33,570 bases of DNA, taken from the NCBI GenBank assembly GCA_044220955.1, contig JBGAQA010000077.1:1-33570 (forward strand), written 5' to 3'. The first letter of the stretch is position 1. Each line of letters begins with the position of its first letter. Positions 1 to 9,309 of this stretch are shown here, in pieces. Position numbers and translations under genes: made by a program. The DNA comes from Sandaracinaceae bacterium. GTDB lineage: Bacteria > Myxococcota_A > Polyangia > Polyangiales > Sandaracinaceae. The notes under the pieces were generated by a model. That model had not been told where the DNA came from. It saw only the letters and a program-made list of their open reading frames with translations, and did not search any database.

Positions 1-82
1 CCGAGGGCGCGGCAATGGCGCCGGTCCCGGTCGTGCTGCCGTGACGCGGAGCGTACGTGGGCGACGAGGCCTCTCGGGCCGT

Positions 83-1183
83 TCAATCGTGCGGGCTGGT
101 CAGCGCGTCGAACAGCTCCAGGTCGATCGGCGGGGCGGGAACCGGCGCGGGCAGGGGTGGCACGAGCAAGACGCCGCGCTCGGGGCGAGCGCTGGTGCGC
201 GCGACACGGGCGACGGCGAGGACCACGGGCAGCGGGTGATCGCCGAGGAGCAGGCGAACTCCGGCGACCGAGTCGAGGCTCGATCGCGCGCGGGTGAGGC
301 ACGTCGCGAGCCCGACGAGGTCCGGCGCGCCCCCGACCGCCGCGACCGTCGGCAGGCCACGGCCGCGGACGACCTCACACCCCGGGCCGAGGAAGCCGCC
401 CGTTCCGCTGACCCACGCGTCGCCGGAGTCCACGACTTGAACGAGCAAGAGGGTGTCGTCGGCGAGCTCCTCCTCGGGCGAGCGGACGTCGCTCTCGCGG
501 CGGAGGCGCGGAGCCGCCAGCGGGACCGTCGCGAGGGCGCCGTCGGCCGCGACGGCGACGTCCACCCGGCGGGTCCCGAGCTCGGCGAGCGCACCCACGA
601 GCCTCTCGAGAGCCTGCGCCGTCAGCGTCCCTGGCGCGTGGAGCGTGACGACGCGGAGATCCGTGCGGGCGATGCGGAGCGTCTCGAGCGCAGTGCCGAG
701 GGGGGCCTGGCTCGGGTGTCCGTCCTCGCCGACGGCTCCGGGGAAGACGAGCACGCCCTGCTCGAGACGCGCGATCTCCAGCAGCGGCTCGGGTAGCGCG
801 TGCGTCGCAGCGATCGGGTCGCGGAAGGACTCGAAGCGCAGCCCTCGTGCCGCCGGCGACGCGTCGAGCTCGATCGAGGCGCCGTCGACGAAGAGACGCG
901 GCGCACGCTCGTCCGGCGGGACGAGATCGTCGCCCCGCGGGACGTCGACGAGCAGGGCGCGAAGCTGCGCCGCGCGCGCGTCGGCGGCCGCCGAGCGCTC
1001 GTCGCGGCGAGCTTCCCAGTCGGCGCGCTCCGTCGCGCATCCGCTCGCGGTGGCGAGCAGGCCCGCGAGCACGAGGTGCCGTACGCGAGGGCGCGCGCCC
1101 GGGCGACTCGCAGTGCGCGTGTCGCGCTCGCTCGGTGTCGCTGGGCCCCGGTCCGGATGACGGCTGGCGGACGTGCCCTCCAC
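83..1183 (-). CDS. Hypothetical lipoprotein
   Basis: 366-aa ORF; hydrophobic stretch ending in lipobox-like LLATASG-C; no recognised domain; start uncertain. Confidence 0.6.
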   Translation of the reverse strand: MEGTSASRHPDRGPATPSERDTRTASRPGARPRVRHLVLAGLLATASGCATERADWEARRDERSAAADARAAQLRALLVDVPRGDDLVPPDERAPRLFVDGASIELDASPAARGLRFESFRDPIAATHALPEPLLEIARLEQGVLVFPGAVGEDGHPSQAPLGTALETLRIARTDLRVVTLHAPGTLTAQALERLVGALAELGTRRVDVAVAADGALATVPLAAPRLRRESDVRSPEEELADDTLLLVQVVDSGDAWVSGTGGFLGPGCEVVRGRGLPTVAAVGGAPDLVGLATCLTRARSSLDSVAGVRLLLGDHPLPVVLAVARVARTSARPERGVLLVPPLPAPVPAPPIDLELFDALTSPHD

Positions 1184-1320
1184 GCGCGCGACCTTGCCAC
1201 ATCCGGGAGCGCCGTCGCCAGGAACGCCGCCCCGCGGCGGCGCCGCCCACCGCCGGCGCCGGCGACGCGCGACGACGCGGTGCTGCTCGCCGCGCGCCGA
1301 GCGCGATACGCTCGCCCCTC

Positions 1321-2160
1321 ATGACGACGCCCCTCGAGACGGTCCGGCTCGCCGATCCCGCGCACCGCTCGGAGGTGCTGCTCGCACCTTCCAGGGGAGG
1401 GATGGCGACCCGCTTCACCGTGGGGACGCGCCCGGTGTTCTTCCTCGACGAGGCGTCGCTCCTCGACGAGACGAAGAACGTGCGCGGCGGCAACCCCGTG
1501 CTCTTCCCCTCGCCCGGGCCGCTGCCGGGCGATCGCTTCACGCGCGACGGCAGGTCCGGCGCGATGAAGCAGCACGGATTCGCGCGGAACGTCGCGTGGA
1601 GCGTCGTCGAGCGCTCCGATCGCGCCGCGACGCTCGAGATGGTGTCGGACGACCGCACGCGCGCGCAGTTCCCTTGGGACTTCTGCGTCCGCTTTCGCTA
1701 TGCGCTCGAGGGCCGCACGCTGCGCATCGAGCAGCGCTTCGAGAACACGGGCGAGGTGCCGATGCCCTTCGCCGCGGGCTTCCACCCGTACTTCCACGTG
1801 CCCGACGCCGACAAGGGCCGCGCGGCGATCCCGACCCGCGCCACGCGCGCCTGGGACAACGTCACCAAGCAGCACGTGGCCGTGCGCGCGCCGATCGACC
1901 TCACGGCGAAGGAGGTGGACCTGCACCTCGTCGACCACGGTGGGCCCGAGGCCGAGCTCAGGCTCCCGGACGGTATGCGCATCCTGGTCGCGGGCAGCCC
2001 CGAGCTCGCGCGCTGGGTCGTCTGGACGCTCGCGGGCAAGGACTTCGTCTGCCTCGAGCCGTGGACGGCGGCGGCGAACGCGCTCAACGATGGCACGGGG
2101 CTGCTCGTCGTCCCGCCGGGCGGCGCGCGGGAGCTCTGGACCTCGTACACGCTCGGGTGA
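1321..2160 (+). CDS. Aldose 1-epimerase / galactose mutarotase-like protein
   Basis: Motifs RGGNPVLFP, HGFAR, GFHPYF, FVCLEPW; ATG at 1321 (the ORF-track extension from 847 overlaps the opposite-strand gene). Confidence 0.9.
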   Translation: MTTPLETVRLADPAHRSEVLLAPSRGGMATRFTVGTRPVFFLDEASLLDETKNVRGGNPVLFPSPGPLPGDRFTRDGRSGAMKQHGFARNVAWSVVERSDRAATLEMVSDDRTRAQFPWDFCVRFRYALEGRTLRIEQRFENTGEVPMPFAAGFHPYFHVPDADKGRAAIPTRATRAWDNVTKQHVAVRAPIDLTAKEVDLHLVDHGGPEAELRLPDGMRILVAGSPELARWVVWTLAGKDFVCLEPWTAAANALNDGTGLLVVPPGGARELWTSYTLG

Positions 2161-2169
2161 CGGCGGCGT

Positions 2170-3111
2170 TCAGCGCGTCGCAGCCGCTCGCTCGCGGAAC
2201 CACGCGACCGTGCGCGCGAGCCCCTCGGCCAGAGGGGTCACCCCGCCCATCGCCTCGACGCTCGGGACCAGCAGCGAGCGCTCGACGTCGCCTGCGCGCC
2301 GGGGCCCCGAGCGCCGCGGCGACGTCCGGCCGGCCGCCTGCTCGATCGCGTCGAGCAGCGCGCGCGTCGTCGTCGCGACGCCGGTGCTCACGTTGGCGAT
2401 CGGCTGCGCGATCTCGCCGGCGATCGCGCGCGCGTTCGTGCGGACCACGTCGGCCACCGCGACGTAGTCGCGCACGCACCCGTCGTCGCCCTCGTCCCTG
2501 CGCGCGTTGATCTGCACCGCCTGCCCCGCGAGCACGCGCTCGGTGAAGATCGCGACCACCCCGGCCTCGCCGTGCGGATCCTGGCGCGGGCCATACACGT
2601 TGGCGTAGCGGAGCACCGTCGACGGCAGGCCGAGATCGACGCGCGCCCAGCGCAGGTAGCTCTCGACGGCGAACTTGCTGCACGCGTAGGGGCTCATCGG
2701 TGCCGGCGGCGTCTCGAGCGTGGCCGCGCCCTCGGCGACGTTGCCGTAGATCGCTCCGCCCGTGGACGCGAAGACGAAGCGCTTGCACCCGTGGCGCGCC
2801 GCGGCGCGGATGACGTTCAGGCTCCCGAGGACGTTGATCTCGGCGTCGCGCTCGGGCTCCTTCACGCTCACCGCCACCGAGATCTGCGCGGCCTGGTGCG
2901 AGACCGCGTCCGGCTGCACCTCGGCGAAGACGCGCTCGACCGCCGCCGCGTCGCGGACGTCACCGACGACGAGGCGCGCCTTCGCGCTCACGTTCTCGCG
3001 CTTGCCCGAGGAGAGGTCGTCGAACGCCACCGCCTCGTGCCCGTCCGCCACGAGCCGGTCGATCACGTGCGACCCGATGAACCCCGCTCCGCCGGTGACG
3101 ATGACGCGCAT
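2170..3111 (-). CDS. galE: NAD-dependent epimerase/dehydratase, UDP-glucose 4-epimerase-like
   Basis: TGGAGFIGSH Rossmann motif, ASTGGAIYG, catalytic YACSK (YxxxK), RYANVYGPRQDPHGEAGVVAIF, RDYV. Confidence 0.9.
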   Translation of the reverse strand: MRVIVTGGAGFIGSHVIDRLVADGHEAVAFDDLSSGKRENVSAKARLVVGDVRDAAAVERVFAEVQPDAVSHQAAQISVAVSVKEPERDAEINVLGSLNVIRAAARHGCKRFVFASTGGAIYGNVAEGAATLETPPAPMSPYACSKFAVESYLRWARVDLGLPSTVLRYANVYGPRQDPHGEAGVVAIFTERVLAGQAVQINARRDEGDDGCVRDYVAVADVVRTNARAIAGEIAQPIANVSTGVATTTRALLDAIEQAAGRTSPRRSGPRRAGDVERSLLVPSVEAMGGVTPLAEGLARTVAWFRERAAATR

Positions 3112-3252
3112 GCGGCGCTCTTAGCACCCGGTCGGTTTCACTCCAGGCCGCTCCCGCCACCACCGACGTCGTAGGACCGAGCGCCCGTCGCGGTCTGGCC
3201 TTCGGGCGTTGCGGGCGCAGGTCTGGGCGCCGCATCGACGCACGGCGTTCGA

Positions 3253-3283
3253 CGAGCAGCGAGCAGCGAGCAGCGAGCAGCGA
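3253..3283. repeat. Heptamer tandem repeat (CGAGCAG) x4.4
   Basis: Read directly in the 3112-3304 intergenic region. Confidence 0.9.
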
Positions 3284-3304
3284 CCTACGCACGGCCGCGT
3301 CGTC

Positions 3305-6300
3305 TCACGAGTGCGGCGGGCGGCGTCTTCGCCGCCATCGGAGGGCGGGGAGGACCAGCGCCAGCGACGTCGTCGCCATCCAGGGACGCGCGGCGGGTGC
3401 GCCGACGACGCAACCGCACCCCGCGATGGGTGGCGCCACCGCGCCTGCGTCGTTCGCGAGCGCGGCGTCGGGTGACGTAGCGCTGCCCGCGTCCGCGCCG
3501 TTGCCACCATCGGCCATGCCCGAGTCCATGCACGACGTCATGTCCGGCGGACACGTCGATGCCGTGCCGTCGCACACCTCCGGCGTGTCGCAGGACTGGG
3601 TGGCGTCCCGGCAGGGTGCGCCCGTCGCGAGCAGCGCATCCGGCGGGCACGACGCAGCCGTGCCGGAGCAGCTCTCCGCGACGTCGCACGGGCCGGCGGC
3701 GGCCCGGCAGACGACCCCGGTCGCGAACGTCGGGATGCAGTCCGCGCTCGAGCCGGCGCACAGGTCCGGGGCGTCGCAGAGGTCGCCGAACGCCGGCGCG
3801 CAGACGGTCCCTGCGGGCGCGTACGTCGGGGGACAGCTGTCATGCACGCCGTCGCAGAAATCGTCGAGATCGCATGGGTTGAGCGGGTCGCGCCGCAGAC
3901 ACGGGGTTCCCGCGGCGAAGATCATCGCGCCCGGACACGAGGTCGAGATGCCGTCGCACGTTCCGAGGGTGGAGCACGACCCGGGCCCCGAGCCGCCGCA
4001 CGCGATGCCCGGCGGAACCACGGCGTCGCCCGGACAGGCGAAGCTGGTTCCGTCGCAGCGCTCCTCCGCGTCGCATGCGCCCACCGGAACGCGGCAGATG
4101 GTGTCGGTGCGAGCCGCCGTGTCCGCGGGGCAGACACCGGACGTTCCATCGCACACCTCGGCCGCGTCGCACGCGAAGAGCGGCGATGCGGCGCGACAGA
4201 CGGTCCCCGCGCTCAGGCGCGCGTCCGCCGGGCACACCGTCGACGAGGACGAGCAGGACTCGGGCAGATCGCAGTCACCGATCGCTGCACGACACACGAC
4301 CGGGCTCGTGAGCGCGGTGCACGTACCGTCCATGCTGCCGCCGGCGGCGACGCTGCACGCCTGGCAGTCGGCCACGCCTCCGCCGCAGCCGCCGGCGCAG
4401 CAGACGCCGTCGACGCAGAATCCGGACGCGCAGGCCGTAGCGTCGGCACAGGCGTCGCCGTCGGCCCCGACGACGGAGAAGACGTGCGCCGCACCGCGAT
4501 AGACCGCGATGGGCGTGTAGGCTTGTGGTCGTCCGAGGAGCGCGACGCTGCCGCTGCGGCTCCACGCGACACTGCTCCCGTGCAAGCTGCCCACTTGCAG
4601 CTCGGCCGGTTGGAGCGCCGTTTCCGTGGACCACGTGCCGGCGGCAGTTCGGAGATAGAGCCCGACCGTTCCTCCGACTGCCGTGAGCGGAGCTCCCACG
4701 AGCGCCCGGTTTCCGTCACCGCTGAGCGCCACCGCGGCGCCGAATCGGTCACCGGTGACGCCAGCCGGGAGGGCGAGAAGGGCCTCCTCTGTCCAAGCCC
4801 CGCCGACGAAGCTGAAGACGCCGACGTGACCCGGTCCGGTCGGGGTCGTCGAGGCTCTCACGTCGATGCTTCCGACGAGTGCACGGCCTCCGCCGGCACT
4901 GAGCGCGACCGACGTCCCGTACAGCGCGTACGCGGGGGCCGCGGAAGGGGTGATCAACGTGGGCGCCGACCACGTCGTGCCGGAGCGAGTGAAGATGCGC
5001 GCGCCGCCGACGTCGGTGAGCGACGCGCGGTTCTCGAAGGGCGAGCCGACGAGCGCCGTAGCTCCGTCGTCGGTGATCGCGACCGATGCGCCGAAGCTGA
5101 CCGAGCCCTGCGTGACGCCCGAGAGCAGAATGGCCTCTTCAGACCAGACGTTCGTCGAGCTGCGGAAGAGCACGCGCGCCGAGCCGCTCCCGAGCCCGAG
5201 CGGTGTCGTGTCCGAGGGTGCTCCGACGACGATCCTGGAGCCGTCGGCGCTGACCGCCACGGAGGCACCGAACTGATCGTACGGCGCAGCCCCCTGCGCT
5301 CCGACGAAGGCAAGCGACGTCCAGCCACCCGCGTCGTGCCCGAACACCACGATCTGGCCCGCGTCGCTGCCCACCGGGGTGTCGGAGTTGGGGCTGCCCA
5401 GCACCACGATCGTGCCGTCGCTCGATATCGCGACGGAGGCGGCCATGTCGGACCACGTGTAGCCGGTGGGTGCGGGCGGCGCGAGGCGAGCGTCGAGCGC
5501 CCACGCCGAGGCGGTGCGCAGGAATACGTAGGCAGCGTTCTCACCAGGAGCGCCCACGACGGCACGTGTCCCATCGCTGCTGAGCGCTACGGATGTACCG
5601 AACACGTCTCCGTCCGTCCCGCCTTCGGGCCCCACTGCGACGCCGGCGTCCCAGCTGGACCCGGTCTTCGTGAACACGACCGCTCCGCCGGCGTTGGTGC
5701 CTACGCCCGCGATGTCGACGCCGGGCGCCCCCGCGATCACCAGCCCTCCCGAGCTCGAGATGGCCACCGATCGTCCGAGCTGATCGGCACCGAGCCCGCC
5801 TGCGTAGGTCAGCACCGGACCCGCCGTCCACGAAGTGCCGTGGTCGTAGGTGCGCAACACGCCCCCGCCTGGGGGGCTCGCGAACTGCGACGGACCACCT
5901 GCCACGAGATGCGCACCATCCGGCGTGAGCGCGACCGACGAGCCGAGCTGCTCGCTCGCACCGACGCCACCGAGGGTGGCGTCCGCGGTCCACGCCGACG
6001 CCGCGAACCGGAACAGGACGACGGCGCCAGTTGCCGCGTCGTACGGGATGCCCACCGCGAGCAGCGTTCCCGACGCGTCGAACGACAGGGCGGACCCGAA
6101 CATGTCCCCCATCGCCGGCGCCGGATCGAGCAGCGGCGCTGCCTCGGGCGTCCAGCTGGTCCCGCTCCGCCGGTACACCCGCACGCTCCCCGCGTCGTTG
6201 CCGCCCGGCGTGTTGTCGCGCGCCGCCCCGATCGCGGCGACTGTTCCGGCCGCGTCCAGCGCGACGCTGAAGCCGAAGTGGTCGCCCGTGGCGAGGTCCG

Positions 6301-7447
6301 TCGGCTGAAAGAGGGCCTCTTGCATCCAGCCTCCGCCTGTCCAGACGAGGGCGAGCGCCTGCCCACTGGTCGTGCCCGCGGATGTGTCCATGTTCTCGGC
6401 ACCGACCACCATGCGGCTCGCATCGGACGCGATGGCGACGGAGCCGCCGAACCGACCGAGGTCGTCGGTCCCAGGCCAAGTCGCCGTGGTCACCTCGGTC
6501 CACGTGGTCCCGCTCCGCGTGAACGTGCGGACGCTTCCCGGCGCGATCGCTCCCACCTTGTCCGTCGGCGCGCCGATCACGACGGTGCTGGCGTCGGCGG
6601 TGACCGCGATCGAAGCGCCGAACGAGTCACCGCCTTCGCCGTCGCTGGCGTAGAGGACGGCCTGCGCGCGCCACCCGAGCGCCACGCGCTGGAGCACGAC
6701 CACCCGACCCGCCGCCAACGCGACGGGTGAGGTCGCGCGGGGCTCACCGACGAAGACGTACATGCCGTCCGCGCTCATCGCCACCGCCGTCCCGTAGCCG
6801 CCGTTGGTCACACCGCCCGGCGGCGCGAGCGACGCCTGCTCGGTCGCGAGGAGCGGGTCGACGACGAGCGGGTACGAAGCTCCGCTGTCGTCGATCTCCA
6901 CGCGCAGTCCGTGCTCGATCGCCGCGAGTCGCGCAGGGACCCGCCCACCGCGGGCATCGAGCACGACGAGCTCGCCATAGCGAGCGACGCAACGGCCGAG
7001 CGCGTCCACGAGCCCGACGTTCTCGTCGTCGATCTCTCGCGCCGCCAGCCCGTCGAGGTGGATGTCCACGAGGAGCGCGCCCGGACCGGAGGGCGGGTCC
7101 GCGATGGTGACGCCATGCTCGAGCCCGGAGGGCAGCGCGCGCCACCACTCTTGCGCCCCCGCGAGGCCGACGTCGAGAACCACGTCCGTGCCTTCGGCGT
7201 GTGCAGGGTGGGCATGCGCGGCTCTCATCGCTCCGACGCGGCCGATCGCCGCGACGCCCAGTTGGAGTCGCTCGCCCTCACCCGCTCCGCGGTCCAGGCG
7301 CACGCCGGCGACACCCGAGTCGAACGTTGCCGAGATCCCCGGCGACGTCAGCGAGAGGGAGGGAGGCGGGCGTATGAACGCCGGGCTCGGGCCGGACGCA
7401 CCGCAGACCACCGCCAGCGCGACGCACAACGCCTGCTGATTCGACAT
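3305..7447 (-). CDS. Large surface protein: N-terminal YPxxVDP domain, 14 FG-GAP repeats, 8 disintegrin-like Cys repeats, MYXO-CTERM-like tail
   Basis: ATG at 7447 with GGAGG upstream; signal-like N-terminus; 14 FGxSVAxSxDG...GAP repeats; 8 repeats of type CRxxxGxCDxxExCxGxSxxCPxD; C-terminal GCGC + hydrophobic segment + RRRRR. Confidence 0.9.
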   Translation of the reverse strand: MSNQQALCVALAVVCGASGPSPAFIRPPPSLSLTSPGISATFDSGVAGVRLDRGAGEGERLQLGVAAIGRVGAMRAAHAHPAHAEGTDVVLDVGLAGAQEWWRALPSGLEHGVTIADPPSGPGALLVDIHLDGLAAREIDDENVGLVDALGRCVARYGELVVLDARGGRVPARLAAIEHGLRVEIDDSGASYPLVVDPLLATEQASLAPPGGVTNGGYGTAVAMSADGMYVFVGEPRATSPVALAAGRVVVLQRVALGWRAQAVLYASDGEGGDSFGASIAVTADASTVVIGAPTDKVGAIAPGSVRTFTRSGTTWTEVTTATWPGTDDLGRFGGSVAIASDASRMVVGAENMDTSAGTTSGQALALVWTGGGWMQEALFQPTDLATGDHFGFSVALDAAGTVAAIGAARDNTPGGNDAGSVRVYRRSGTSWTPEAAPLLDPAPAMGDMFGSALSFDASGTLLAVGIPYDAATGAVVLFRFAASAWTADATLGGVGASEQLGSSVALTPDGAHLVAGGPSQFASPPGGGVLRTYDHGTSWTAGPVLTYAGGLGADQLGRSVAISSSGGLVIAGAPGVDIAGVGTNAGGAVVFTKTGSSWDAGVAVGPEGGTDGDVFGTSVALSSDGTRAVVGAPGENAAYVFLRTASAWALDARLAPPAPTGYTWSDMAASVAISSDGTIVVLGSPNSDTPVGSDAGQIVVFGHDAGGWTSLAFVGAQGAAPYDQFGASVAVSADGSRIVVGAPSDTTPLGLGSGSARVLFRSSTNVWSEEAILLSGVTQGSVSFGASVAITDDGATALVGSPFENRASLTDVGGARIFTRSGTTWSAPTLITPSAAPAYALYGTSVALSAGGGRALVGSIDVRASTTPTGPGHVGVFSFVGGAWTEEALLALPAGVTGDRFGAAVALSGDGNRALVGAPLTAVGGTVGLYLRTAAGTWSTETALQPAELQVGSLHGSSVAWSRSGSVALLGRPQAYTPIAVYRGAAHVFSVVGADGDACADATACASGFCVDGVCCAGGCGGGVADCQACSVAAGGSMDGTCTALTSPVVCRAAIGDCDLPESCSSSSTVCPADARLSAGTVCRAASPLFACDAAEVCDGTSGVCPADTAARTDTICRVPVGACDAEERCDGTSFACPGDAVVPPGIACGGSGPGSCSTLGTCDGISTSCPGAMIFAAGTPCLRRDPLNPCDLDDFCDGVHDSCPPTYAPAGTVCAPAFGDLCDAPDLCAGSSADCIPTFATGVVCRAAAGPCDVAESCSGTAASCPPDALLATGAPCRDATQSCDTPEVCDGTASTCPPDMTSCMDSGMADGGNGADAGSATSPDAALANDAGAVAPPIAGCGCVVGAPAARPWMATTSLALVLPALRWRRRRRPPHS

Positions 7448-7532
7448 CGGGCCTCCTAGTGATGGCGGCGAACGCGGAGAACGCCGATCGCCGCTCATGG
7501 ATAGCTGATACACGACGCGAGCGGCGCCCGGC

Positions 7533-7541
7533 AATCGATTT
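7533..7541. repeat. Left target-site duplication AATCGATTT
   Basis: Identical to 9338-9346; abuts IRL. Confidence 0.92.
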
Positions 7542-7559
7542 GGGTGCAGTTCCCGATCT

Positions 7560-7724
7560 GCGTTCGAGCGCGTGTTCGCGAAGAACGCGTTCGTGCTGGG
7601 ACAGGAGGTCGAGTTCTTCGAGCGCGAGGTGGCCGCCTACCTCGGCGTGAAGCACGCGATCGGCGTCTCGAGCGGCACCGACGCGCTGCTCGTCGCGATG
7701 ATGGCGCTCGGCGTCGGACCGGGG
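7560..7724 (+). pseudogene. 55-codon fragment of a DegT/DnrJ/EryC1/StrS sugar aminotransferase, located inside the IS
   Basis: Translates AFERVFAKNAFVLGQEVEFFEREVAAYLGVKHAIGVSSGTDALLVAMMALGVGPG, the typical DegT N-terminal region; breaks where DEVI would follow; no continuation seen in the window. Confidence 0.88.
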
Positions 7725-7830
7725 AGAAGCGTAGCGATTTCGATCGGTTGCACGGCGTAGGTTGAGGGTCGGGGCTTGCTCGCGGCAGATATCCGGCTGC
7801 TGACACCCAACACCAACCGGAGAAGCCCCG

Positions 7831-9309
7831 ATGCCGCCGAGTATCGACGAGGCACGCGCAGCCGTCGAGGCCGCTGTGCGCTCGCTCGTAGTGTGCGCCG
7901 AGAGCGACGAGAAGTTCGCCGAGTTCGAGTCCATGACGTGGGGCCGCCTTCTGGCGCTGGGTCGCGCCGTGGTCGTGCTGTTCCTGGTGCGCCGCGCGCT
8001 CGCCGAGCCCGCCGCCGGGTACGCGCACGCGGGTACGCGGTGGACGCCGGCCGAGTGGCGCACGACCGACCTCGGGACGCGCTTCGGCAAGGTGCTCTTC
8101 GCGCGCCGCGTCGGCCGACGCGCGGGCTTGTTCCGACGCGGCAGGGCCGACCTGCGACTGGATCGCGTGCTCGGGCTCTGCGGCGGCTTCAGCCTCGGCG
8201 CGGCGACGGCGCTCGCGCGCCTCTGCGCGCAGATGGCGTTCGCGCAGGCGCGCGCGACGATGAGCGCGTTCTTCGAGTGGGCGCCGAGCCCGCGCGCGAC
8301 GTTGCGAATCCTGGACGCGATCGGCGGCCACGCACGCGCGTTCCTCTCGCAAGTGCCGGCGCCGACGGACGACGGCGAGGTGCTCGTCGCCGAGGTGGAC
8401 GGGGGCGGCGCGCCCGCGATCAGCGCGCGCGAGCTTCGACGACGGCGCAAGCCGAAGAAGCACCGGCGTGGTCGACGAGATCGGCGCGAGCGTCGCCGGG
8501 CGAATCCGCGCCCCCGCCGCACGAAGGGCAAGAAGAGCAAGAACAGCAAGGTCGCCTTCGTCGGCGTGCTCTTCACGCTGAAGCAGAGGCCCGACGGCAC
8601 GATGGAGGGCCCGCTCAACAAGCGGATGATCGCGACCTTCGACAGCCACCGCGCGCTCTTCGAGTGGCTCCACTGCGAAGCCGTCAAGCGCGGCTACGGC
8701 ACCAAGCGCACCGTGTTCATCGCCGATGGCAGCGATCACATCTGGAAGTTGCAGAAGGAGTTCTTCCCGCTCGCCGAGGCGTGCATCGACTGGTGGCACG
8801 TCGTCGAGTACCTGTGGACCGCCGCCGGGTGCCTCCACGCCGAGGGCTCGCCCGAGCGCAGCGCGTGGGTCGACGAGCAGAAGCGACGCCTGCGACGCGG
8901 CCACGTGAAGCTCGTGCTCGACACGATGGCCGCCGCACACCGCGCGATCCCCAAGACCGGGCCCGGCAACAAGGGACGCCGCGAGCGCCTGCTGGACACG
9001 CACGAGTACCTCGCCGAACATCAGCACCGGATGATCTACGCCCGCCTCCGCCGCGACGACCTCGACATCGCATCCGGTGTCGTCGAGGGCGCCGTGCGCA
9101 ACCTCGTCCGCATGCGTCTCGACGGACCGGGCATGCGCTGGGGACGAGACCGCGCCGAGATGATGCTCCACCTACGCTGCGTGCTCCTCAACGGCGAGTG
9201 GGAGGACTTCGAGCGCTACCTCGCGAAGCAGACGATCACTCTCGCCGCGAACCCGAAGCCGACGCGCACGCACGACGCTCAACCCAACCCTCTCGCCGAG
9301 GTCGCGTGA
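7831..9309 (+). CDS. ISKra4-family DDE transposase
   Basis: EVDG (D 8398), IADGSDHIW (D 8725), CIDWWH (Mutator C/DxxH signature), IASGVVEGAVRNLV...GMRW (E 9085). Confidence 0.92.
   Translation: MPPSIDEARAAVEAAVRSLVVCAESDEKFAEFESMTWGRLLALGRAVVVLFLVRRALAEPAAGYAHAGTRWTPAEWRTTDLGTRFGKVLFARRVGRRAGLFRRGRADLRLDRVLGLCGGFSLGAATALARLCAQMAFAQARATMSAFFEWAPSPRATLRILDAIGGHARAFLSQVPAPTDDGEVLVAEVDGGGAPAISARELRRRRKPKKHRRGRRDRRERRRANPRPRRTKGKKSKNSKVAFVGVLFTLKQRPDGTMEGPLNKRMIATFDSHRALFEWLHCEAVKRGYGTKRTVFIADGSDHIWKLQKEFFPLAEACIDWWHVVEYLWTAAGCLHAEGSPERSAWVDEQKRRLRRGHVKLVLDTMAAAHRAIPKTGPGNKGRRERLLDTHEYLAEHQHRMIYARLRRDDLDIASGVVEGAVRNLVRMRLDGPGMRWGRDRAEMMLHLRCVLLNGEWEDFERYLAKQTITLAANPKPTRTHDAQPNPLAEVA

Noticed and set aside
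1..44. Possible 3' end of a + strand gene (EGAAMAPVPVVLP*)
   Set aside because: Too short to support a call.
3842..6730. Long Arg/Ala-rich alternative-frame ORFs (also 19934-22969, 28595-31162, 30139-32196 and others)
   Set aside because: They overlap well-supported genes and have the low-complexity composition of GC-rich off-frames.
7560..7760. degT as a resident gene interrupted by the IS
   Set aside because: The fragment lies inside the IR/TSD boundaries and no 3' part follows 9346.
7495..9171. 558-aa ORF antisense to the transposase
   Set aside because: Shadow ORF typical of high-GC DNA; no motifs, and it crosses the IS boundary.
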